From contig VYFQ01000014.1 in NCBI GenBank assembly GCA_009842325.1, forward strand, positions 194,026 through 258,025: a stretch of DNA of 64,000 nt, in the 5' to 3' direction. This DNA is from Acidimicrobiaceae bacterium (GTDB lineage: Bacteria; Actinomycetota; Acidimicrobiia; Acidimicrobiales; Aldehydirespiratoraceae). The notes below the pieces were generated by a model. It worked only from the letters and a program-made list of their open reading frames with translations. It was not told where the DNA came from and did no database searches. The position numbers were made by a program, and so were the translations under genes. Of this stretch, positions 57,167 to 64,000 are shown piece by piece. Positions within the stretch are counted from its first letter, which is position 1. The number at the start of each line of letters is the position of its first letter.

Positions 57167-57621
57167 GCGTCCAGCGCAGCCTCCGCCGCGGGCACCGGCC
57201 CGTCGGTCGCGGTCTGCCAGTCGAGTACCTCGCAGTCGCCCCACAGCCGTTCGAGCTGGTACAGGGAGCGCCGCTCAGCGTCGAAGACGTGCACGACGAA
57301 CGGCCCGTAGTCGAGCAGTACCCACTGGCGGTCGTCAGAGCCCTCGATGCGCATCGGCGACGGTCCGCCCGCCTCCTTCACCATCTCCTCGACGCCCTCG
57401 GTGATGGAGCGCACCTGGCGGGCATTGTTGCCGTGGGTGATCACGAACAGGTCGGTGACCACCAGCACGTCGCCGACGTCGATGACCACCGTGTCGACGC
57501 CCTTGCGCTCATCGGCGGCGGCCGCCGCGGCCACGGCCCAGCGCCGAGCGTAGGCACCGTCGACCAGAGGAGGTGAACCGGCCGGGGCGACAGGATCGGC
57601 CGGGCTTGCTCCTAGCGTCAC
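57163..57621 (-). CDS. rsfS: Ribosome silencing factor RsfS
   Basis: [26 protein letters not shown]...[18 protein letters not shown] overlap with the upstream gene. Confidence 0.85.
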   Translation of the reverse strand: MTLGASPADPVAPAGSPPLVDGAYARRWAVAAAAAADERKGVDTVVIDVGDVLVVTDLFVITHGNNARQVRSITEGVEEMVKEAGGPSPMRIEGSDDRQWVLLDYGPFVVHVFDAERRSLYQLERLWGDCEVLDWQTATDGPVPAAEAALDA

Positions 57622-58880
57622 CGCGCCGCCTGGTCCAATCCGACCGTCACGGTTATGTCGACCACGTCGGCCCCGCTCTCGCCCAGCTCAATGAGAGCCA
57701 TGTCGACGCCGAGCTCGATGGCGATGGAGTTGGTGATGGGATCGTTCACGAGTTCCTCGCGATGGTAGGCGAACTGGGTGGCCTCCACACCGAAGGCCTC
57801 CGCGTTGCCTATCACGGTGATCACTCCCCCGGCCGCGACCACAATGTCAGCCAGCCCATCCCGGATGGCTGGATCGCCCGTGCCGTCGAGTAGCTGGACC
57901 CTGGGGCGCAGGAACGACTCCGGCTGCTGGGGCCACGGGGCCAGCTCCAAGGCCTCGGCCCTCAGCCACGCTCTGCTCTCCGCGCCCAGGAACTGGACCG
58001 GGGCGGCGCCGGGATCGGATGCGACGGACTCGAAGGGAACAACCTCCACCACGGTAGTGCCCGCTCCGAGGGCCCGCAGGAATGGTGCCAGGGGCGAGTC
58101 GGCCGGGGGGATGGCCGCCTCGGGGTCCGGCGCCCGACCGATGACACCCAGCCACGACTCCCACATGGCCCGCTGGCGCTGCGCTCGGTTGCCGTCGGCC
58201 TCGTCAGGGTTGCGGTGGGCGTAGACAGCAGCTGCATCGGCCGCAGTCAGCTCGTAGCGTCCGGCCTGGTAGACGACCCGTTGCGCTCCGTCGGCGCCTA
58301 CCTCGATCAGATCATCGACCAACAGGTACGGCAGCGGCTCCGCGGGGCCGATGCTGTGGGCGAGCACCTCGGTGGGCACCTCGACAACCTGCCCGAAGCC
58401 GAGGCCGAACATGTCCTCGGCAACCTGCCGGACGGCCTCGACACCTCCCCGCGCGAAAGTGCCGGAGAGCAGCTCGCCCTGCCCCGGCGAGCCGCCCGGG
58501 GGCACGACCACGAGGTCGGCCGGCAGCAGCACCACACCACCGCCCGCGTCGATGCCCGTCAGTGCCATGAAGGCCACGCCGGTCAGGCCGCCGTTGTGGG
58601 TGTGGAGCGAGAGCAGCGTGGGGGTGGCCTCCACCAATTCCACATATCCGGGCTCGTCGGGCTCCAGGACGATAGTTTCCTCGACGCTGTCCACCGTGGT
58701 CCTGAGAACAGCGCGGCCGCCCGTCAGAGCCAGCAGCAGGACCGCGATCCCCGCGGCCACCACAACTCCCGGATAGACGAGCCTCCAGAACAGGTGAGAC
58801 GGAGGAGCGGGCCGGCGGTGACGCCAGCTAGGCAGGCGCCAGTTGGGCGGGCGCCAACTGGGCGGGCGCCAGCCGGGCAT
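57618..58880 (-). CDS. Membrane-anchored LytR C-terminal domain protein (LCP-related)
   Basis: N-terminal (WRPPS)-type repeats, one TM helix, C-terminal LytR_C-like region (VITVIGNAEAFGVEATQ...). TGATG overlap with nadD. Confidence 0.55.
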   Translation of the reverse strand: MPGWRPPSWRPPNWRLPSWRHRRPAPPSHLFWRLVYPGVVVAAGIAVLLLALTGGRAVLRTTVDSVEETIVLEPDEPGYVELVEATPTLLSLHTHNGGLTGVAFMALTGIDAGGGVVLLPADLVVVPPGGSPGQGELLSGTFARGGVEAVRQVAEDMFGLGFGQVVEVPTEVLAHSIGPAEPLPYLLVDDLIEVGADGAQRVVYQAGRYELTAADAAAVYAHRNPDEADGNRAQRQRAMWESWLGVIGRAPDPEAAIPPADSPLAPFLRALGAGTTVVEVVPFESVASDPGAAPVQFLGAESRAWLRAEALELAPWPQQPESFLRPRVQLLDGTGDPAIRDGLADIVVAAGGVITVIGNAEAFGVEATQFAYHREELVNDPITNSIAIELGVDMALIELGESGADVVDITVTVGLDQAAR

Positions 58881-59482
58881 CAGCGACCGCACCCGTAAAG
58901 GCCTCTGGATCTGACGACTTCGATCACGGCAGCGGGCACGAGCGCCTCCACCGGTCGACCGTCCGTGAATCGGGACCGGATGTCGCACGACGAGATGTCC
59001 AGCGCCGGGACCTCCACCACCACGGCCGGCCATCCGGCCGGGGGACGCCCGCCGGAGGGCCCCGGCCGATCTACCACGACCGTTGTGGCCAGCTCGCGCA
59101 GGTCCGCGGGGCGCTTCCAGGTGTCGAGTCCCTGGGCGGTGTCCGAGCCCACCACCAGCAGCAGTTCGGCCTCGGGATGCAGACGGCGCATCTCGCGCAG
59201 CGTGTCGGCCGTGTAGCTCTCGCCGCCGCGATCGATCTCGAGCGCACTCGCCTCGAGCCCGTCGAGGTCACTGACGGCGGCCGTCACCATCTCCAGTCGC
59301 AGATGAGCGGGCGTCACCGGATGCAGCCCGGACTTCTGCCATGGATCGTTGGCCACCACGAACAGCACCTTGGAGAGTGCGAGCCGGTGGAGTACCTCCA
59401 ACCCGGCGGCGAGGTGGCCGAAATGGGGCGGATCGAACGTCCCTCCCAGCACACCCATGCGAGGAGGGTCCGGTCGCTGCAC
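58880..59482 (-). CDS. nadD: Nicotinate-nucleotide adenylyltransferase
   Basis: GVLGGTFDPPHFGHL... Confidence 0.85.
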   Translation of the reverse strand: MQRPDPPRMGVLGGTFDPPHFGHLAAGLEVLHRLALSKVLFVVANDPWQKSGLHPVTPAHLRLEMVTAAVSDLDGLEASALEIDRGGESYTADTLREMRRLHPEAELLLVVGSDTAQGLDTWKRPADLRELATTVVVDRPGPSGGRPPAGWPAVVVEVPALDISSCDIRSRFTDGRPVEALVPAAVIEVVRSRGLYGCGR

Positions 59483-59558
59483 GGCGGAAGTCTATGATGG
59501 GACGGTCAACCGCACTGCAAACGCGTGACCAATGTCACAGCTCGCGCGGGCGCACATC

Positions 59559-59587
59559 TTGACTTGCCGGGAACAAACACCTAATCT
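59559..59587 (+). promoter_or_regulatory. Candidate housekeeping-type promoter for the sigma factor gene
   Basis: TTGACT (59559-59564), 17 nt, TAATCT (59582-59587). Lies about 125 nt upstream of ATG 59713. Confidence 0.4.
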
Positions 59588-59712
59588 ATATTGGTTCGTC
59601 TGGGCTGGAGTAGCGCACTTGGAGGGTGTGCGCCCGGCACCAAATCCTCCCCACAAAGAAAGCGAGAAGGCTGCCCCTGCCGACGCGAGCGGGGCCGGTC
59701 AGGTGATCAGAC

Positions 59713-60558
59713 ATGAGCGACTCAGTAGGACAGTACCTCAATGAAATCGGCGCAGTCGCGCTGCTCAACGCCCAAGAGGAGCGCGAGCTCTCGCAGGCCA
59801 TCGAGCGCGGCGTCGAGGCCCGTCTCCGCAAGGAGGAGGGCGAGACCGGCCGCGAGATCGACAGGGCGATCCGCGAGGCCGCTGCGGCCAAGGACCGCTT
59901 CATCCGGGCCAACCTGCGCCTGGTGGTGAGCGTCGCCCGCCGCTATCCCCTTCCCCCGGGCATGGAACTGCTCGACCTCATCCAGGAGGGGAACCTCGGA
60001 CTCGAGCACGCCGTCGACAAGTTCGACTGGCGCAAGGGCTTCAAGTTCTCCACCTACGCGACCTTCTGGATCCGCCAGTCCATCGGGCGGGCCCTCGATC
60101 AGAAGGCGAGCCTGGTGCGCCTGCCCGGCGACCGGTCCGCGTCGTTGCGCGCCGCGCTGCGGCAGGTGTCCGGCGACGGCGACGAGCTGGACGACGACCA
60201 TGCCCGGCTGCACAGGCTGACCACCCCCACCTCCCTCGACCGCACCATCGGCGACGACGACAGCAACGAGCTGATCGATCTGCTCCCCGACGCCAACCCC
60301 GGGCCCGAGCTCGAGGTAATGGCCAAGGCCGAGGAGGAGATGGTGACCGGCCTGCTCGACATCCTCGAGCCCCGGGCCAAGTACGCGGTCGAGCAGCGCT
60401 TCGGACTCTCCGACGGCATCAAGCGCTCCTACCGCGAGGTCGGCGAGGAGCTGGGCGTCACCGCCGAGGCGGCCCGCCGCCTGGTGAAGCGCGCCATCAA
60501 TGCCGTGCGCGAGCATGCCGAGGAGCTGAGTCTGGCCGAGACGGTCGACGCGGCTTAA
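59713..60558 (+). CDS. Sigma-70 family RNA polymerase sigma factor (group 2-like, no region 1.1)
   Basis: YLNEIGAVALLNAQEE, ANLRLVVSVARRY, DLIQEGNLGLEHAVDKFD..GFKFSTYATFWIRQ, region 4 SYREVGEELGVTAEAARRL. Confidence 0.85.
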   Translation: MSDSVGQYLNEIGAVALLNAQEERELSQAIERGVEARLRKEEGETGREIDRAIREAAAAKDRFIRANLRLVVSVARRYPLPPGMELLDLIQEGNLGLEHAVDKFDWRKGFKFSTYATFWIRQSIGRALDQKASLVRLPGDRSASLRAALRQVSGDGDELDDDHARLHRLTTPTSLDRTIGDDDSNELIDLLPDANPGPELEVMAKAEEEMVTGLLDILEPRAKYAVEQRFGLSDGIKRSYREVGEELGVTAEAARRLVKRAINAVREHAEELSLAETVDAA

Positions 60559-60562
60559 CGCC

Positions 60563-61939
60563 ATGTCCGCCGGAGATCCCACCCTGTTCGCCGGCGGAAG
60601 CGATTGGTCGCCCTCGTCCTGGAGGGCCAAGCCTGCTCTCCAGCAGCCGGCTTGGCCCGACGAGGCCGAGCTCGAGCAGGCCACCAAGGCGCTGCGCGAC
60701 CTGCCTCCGCTGGTGTTTGCGGGAGAGGCCCGCTCACTCATGAGCCACTTGGGGCGGGTAGCCAACGGCGAGGCGTTCCTGCTGCAGGCGGGCGACTGCG
60801 CGGAGTCGTTCGACTCCTCCGCCGACTCGATCCGCGACAAGCTGCGGGTCATCCTCCAGATGGCCATCGTGCTGACCTACTCGGGGGGCGTGCCGCTGGT
60901 GAAGGTCGGCCGCATCGCGGGGCAGTTCGCCAAGCCGCGGTCGAGCCCGACCGAAACCAAGGGCGAGGTGGAGCTCACCTCGTTCCTGGGCCACATGGTC
61001 AACGACATCGGCTTCAGCGAGGCCGAGCGGCTGCCCGACCCGCGCCGCCTGCTGACCTCGTACCACCGGGCCGCGTCCACTCTCAACCTGCTGCGAGCCT
61101 TCACGCGGGGCGGTTACGCCGACCTGTCGAGGGTTGCCAGCTGGAACCGGGAGTTCGTGGCCACGTCGCCCGCGGGCCGGCGCTACGCACGCATGGCCGA
61201 TGAGATAGACCGGGCCCTGCGGTTCATGACGGCGTGCGGGGTGACCACCAGCAACACCCCGCAGCTGCACGAGGTGGAGTTCTACACCAGCCACGAGGCC
61301 CTGGTGCTCGACTACGAGGAGGCCCTCACCCGCGAGGACTCCACTACCGGCGACTGGTACGACTGCTCGGCCCACATGCTGTGGATCGGCGAGCGCACCC
61401 GCCAGCTCGACGGCGCCCACGTGGAGTTCCTGCGGGGAGTGCGCAACCCGCTCGGCTGCAAGATCGGGCCCACGGCCACCGCCGAGGAGGTGGTCTCGCT
61501 GTGCGAGCTGCTCAACCCGCAGCGGGTGCCCGGCCGGCTCACCCTCATCACCAGGATGGGGGCCGGCAAGGTGGAGACTCTGCTGCCCCCGCTGCTGCGG
61601 GCCGTGCGCGACTCGGGCCACCCGGTGGCCTGGGCGTGCGACCCGATGCACGGCAACACCTACACCTCCACGTCGGGGCGCAAGACCCGCGATTTCGACG
61701 ACGTGCTGGCCGAGATAAGCGGCTTCTTCGCGGCCCACACCGCCTGCGGCACCTGGCCCGGGGGCGTGCATGTGGAGCTGACCGGCGACGCCGTCACGGA
61801 GTGCATAGGGGGCGCCGACAAGATCCTCGACGCCGACTTGGAGCGAGCCTTCGAGACCCTGTGCGATCCCCGACTCAACGGCCGCCAGTCAGTGGACCTC
61901 GCCTTCCGGGTGGCCGAGATGCTCTCCGGCGCGAACTGA
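60563..61939 (+). CDS. Class II 3-deoxy-7-phosphoheptulonate (DAHP) synthase
   Basis: WRAKPALQQPAWPD, FLLQAGDCAESF, GRIAGQFAKPRS, WACDPMHGNT. Confidence 0.9.
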   Translation: MSAGDPTLFAGGSDWSPSSWRAKPALQQPAWPDEAELEQATKALRDLPPLVFAGEARSLMSHLGRVANGEAFLLQAGDCAESFDSSADSIRDKLRVILQMAIVLTYSGGVPLVKVGRIAGQFAKPRSSPTETKGEVELTSFLGHMVNDIGFSEAERLPDPRRLLTSYHRAASTLNLLRAFTRGGYADLSRVASWNREFVATSPAGRRYARMADEIDRALRFMTACGVTTSNTPQLHEVEFYTSHEALVLDYEEALTREDSTTGDWYDCSAHMLWIGERTRQLDGAHVEFLRGVRNPLGCKIGPTATAEEVVSLCELLNPQRVPGRLTLITRMGAGKVETLLPPLLRAVRDSGHPVAWACDPMHGNTYTSTSGRKTRDFDDVLAEISGFFAAHTACGTWPGGVHVELTGDAVTECIGGADKILDADLERAFETLCDPRLNGRQSVDLAFRVAEMLSGAN

Positions 61940-61946
61940 ACGTAAC

Positions 61947-63416
61947 TCAGGCCAGGCGGTCTACGAAGGCTTCCAGCTGGCGCAGGTTGCGCACCTCGAA
62001 GACGCCGTCGCAGTGGGGGGCGTACTCCCCCACGATCGAGTCGCCGGTGTCCCAGTAGCTGCGGGGCTCGGGGTTCAGCCAGAACACGTGGCGGGCCTTC
62101 TGCTGCAGGGCCTTGATGATCCAGCTCTCGGGTGCGTGGTAGTTGTTGCGGGCGTCACCGAGGATCAGCACAGTGGTGCGAGGGCCGACGTCGTCGGCGT
62201 AGTTGTCCCAGAACACGCCGAGGGCGTGGCCGTAGTCGGAGTGGCCGTCCACCCACACCACGTCGGCCTCGGTGTTGACCCGGTGCACCGCCTCCGCGAT
62301 GTCGTCGGTGCCCTCGAAGAAGCTGGTCACCTCGTCGAGCCCGTCGATGAACACGAACGACCGGACCTTGGAGAACTGGCTCGAGATGGCGTACACCAGG
62401 TGCAGCGTGAACCGGGCGAAGGCGGCCACCGAGCCCGACACGTCGGCCACCACCATGATGTCGGGCTTGTGGGGCCGCGGGTGGCGGAACTTCGGCTCCA
62501 CCGGCACGCCCCCGTAGGACAGCGAGTGGCGCACGGTCGAGCGGAAGTCGAGCGGTCCGGCCCGTCCGTGGCGGCGCTTGCGGACCAGCCTGGCCGCCAG
62601 CTTGCGGGTCAGCGGGTATATGGCCTTGCGAAGGCTGGCCATCTCCTCGCGTGACGCGTGCATGAAGTCGATGTCCGACGGCAGCGGCTTGCGCAGGGTC
62701 TTGGCCATGGCCTCGACGCCCCGGTCGGCCACCAGCCGCCGCCGGATCTCAGCCTCGATCTGGCGTTTGAGCTCGGCGATGCGCAACTCGAACTCGTCGC
62801 GCCTCAATCGCAGGTCGAAGTCGTCGACGTCGCCGTCCGTGTGCTGTTCCGCGTCCATGAGACGCTCCAGCACGCCTTCCAGGTCGAGGTTCCGCAGGGT
62901 GCGGTACAGGTAGTAGGTGCCTCCGACGGGACGGCCCGGCTCCATCCCGGCGTACCGGCGCACCGCCTCGCGGGCCGCGGCGCGGAGCATCTCGGAGTCG
63001 CCCCGCATCAGCGCCCGGTAGAGCATCTCAGCCAGCTCCTCAGGGCTGAGCATGTCGCCACCGGAGCCCCGGTCGCCCTCGGCCCGGATCTCGCCGTCGG
63101 CCTCGTCGGCCTCTTCGAGATCATCGGCGGCTATCTCGTACTGGGCGCCCCGCAGGGAGAAGTACACCTCGAAGACGGTCTCGAAGGCCTTCCAGTGGGC
63201 CTGGTTCTTCACCAGCGTGGCCGCCAGGGCGTACTTGAAGGTCTCGCGGTCGGTGATGGGGACGTGCTTCACGGCCTCCATGGCGTCGAGGTTCTCGGTG
63301 AGGCTGGCGGGAATCCCGACAGCCCGCAGCTCCGCGATGAAGCCGTTGAGAAGGTCCAGGAGGGGGTCCCCCGCCTCGACCGGGAGCGTGGGGAGGTCAG
63401 TCTCGTAGGCCGTCAC
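61947..63416 (-). CDS. VWA domain-containing CoxE-like protein
   Basis: C-terminal VWA with the MIDAS-like motif VVADVSGS. Paired with the upstream MoxR ATPase. Confidence 0.7.
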   Translation of the reverse strand: MTAYETDLPTLPVEAGDPLLDLLNGFIAELRAVGIPASLTENLDAMEAVKHVPITDRETFKYALAATLVKNQAHWKAFETVFEVYFSLRGAQYEIAADDLEEADEADGEIRAEGDRGSGGDMLSPEELAEMLYRALMRGDSEMLRAAAREAVRRYAGMEPGRPVGGTYYLYRTLRNLDLEGVLERLMDAEQHTDGDVDDFDLRLRRDEFELRIAELKRQIEAEIRRRLVADRGVEAMAKTLRKPLPSDIDFMHASREEMASLRKAIYPLTRKLAARLVRKRRHGRAGPLDFRSTVRHSLSYGGVPVEPKFRHPRPHKPDIMVVADVSGSVAAFARFTLHLVYAISSQFSKVRSFVFIDGLDEVTSFFEGTDDIAEAVHRVNTEADVVWVDGHSDYGHALGVFWDNYADDVGPRTTVLILGDARNNYHAPESWIIKALQQKARHVFWLNPEPRSYWDTGDSIVGEYAPHCDGVFEVRNLRQLEAFVDRLA

Positions 63417-63450
63417 TGCCGAGTCTTCCCATGACCGGCGACTGCATCTG

Positions 63451-64000
63451 CTAGGGCTCGATGCCCTCGACGGTCGCCAGTTCCTTGTTCGCCTTGGCGA
63501 TGTCGCTCTGGTACTTCAGCAGGATGTTCACCGTCTCGGCGGCCACGTCGGCGTCGATGTGCTGAACGCCCAGCAGGACCAGCGTGCGGGCCCAGTCGAG
63601 GGTCTCCGACACCGACGGCGGCTTCTTGAGCTCCAGCCGGCGGATGGAGCGGACCACCCGGGCCACCTGGTCGGCCAGGTTCTCGGCAATGTCGGGAACC
63701 TTGGCCAGCACGATCTCCTTCTCCCGCTCCATCGTCGGGTAGTCGATGTGGAGGTACAGGCAGCGCCGCTTGAGAGCCTCGCTCAGCTCGCGGGTGTTGT
63801 TGGACGTCAGGAACACCAGCGGCACCTGAAGCGCCTCCATGGTGCCTAACTCCGGGATCGAGACCTGGTACTCGCTGAGGATCTCCAGCAGCAGGGCCTC
63901 GGTCTCGACCTCCACCCGGTCGACCTCGTCGATCAGCAGCACGATCGGGTCGACGGCCCTGATGGCCTCCAGCAGGGGCCGGGTCAGCAGGAACTCGTCG
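63451..64000 (-). CDS. MoxR/CoxD-like AAA+ ATPase (5' part lies outside the window)
   Basis: LLIDEVDR (Walker B), LVFLTSNNTRELSEALKRRC. The reading frame stays open to the window edge. Confidence 0.75.
   Translation of the reverse strand, partial: DEFLLTRPLLEAIRAVDPIVLLIDEVDRVEVETEALLLEILSEYQVSIPELGTMEALQVPLVFLTSNNTRELSEALKRRCLYLHIDYPTMEREKEIVLAKVPDIAENLADQVARVVRSIRRLELKKPPSVSETLDWARTLVLLGVQHIDADVAAETVNILLKYQSDIAKANKELATVEGIEP

Overview
High-G+C chromosomal segment of Actinomycetota type (taxon inferred from gene content and synteny; no search was run). Genes are densely packed and often translationally coupled by ATGA/GTGA start-stop overlaps. Most of the window is core metabolism: a GT2 plus flippase pair, a rhodanese-ThiF enzyme, a Sir2 deacetylase, pepA, Ku plus a stand-alone LigD polymerase domain, and the lpd / E2 / lipB-lipA block with a divergent aceE. 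It also holds pstSCAB-phoU plus a sensor kinase, two convergent halves of a suf Fe-S system, class I fumarase, rsfS-nadD, a sigma factor, class II DAHP synthase and a MoxR/VWA pair. Four things stand out. (1) Three genes have an in-frame TGA exactly at a redox-active Cys position, each followed within 7-11 nt by a stable hairpin. Two are tandem lipoprotein TlpA-like thioredoxin-fold paralogs (H-U-P-x-C) and one carries a U-G-S-C motif. These look like unannotated selenoproteins that the ORF track splits into fragments. (2) A roughly 4 kb accessory islet (about 7323-11247) lies between the convergent kinase and pepA genes. It is flanked by about 140 bp imperfect direct repeats and carries a HEPN(Swt1-like)-Ogt fusion, an IS1595 transposase remnant, an HNH nuclease and small secreted or membrane proteins. 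(3) Unusual gene architectures: a LipB-LipA fusion, a suf system with two sufC copies and a 4-Cys ORF between sufB and sufD, and a DHPS-like gene coupled to a UvrD/HRDC helicase. (4) Several noncoding repeats and candidate regulatory sites. All calls come from reading the translations and the DNA by eye. Family names are recognition from memory, not search results.
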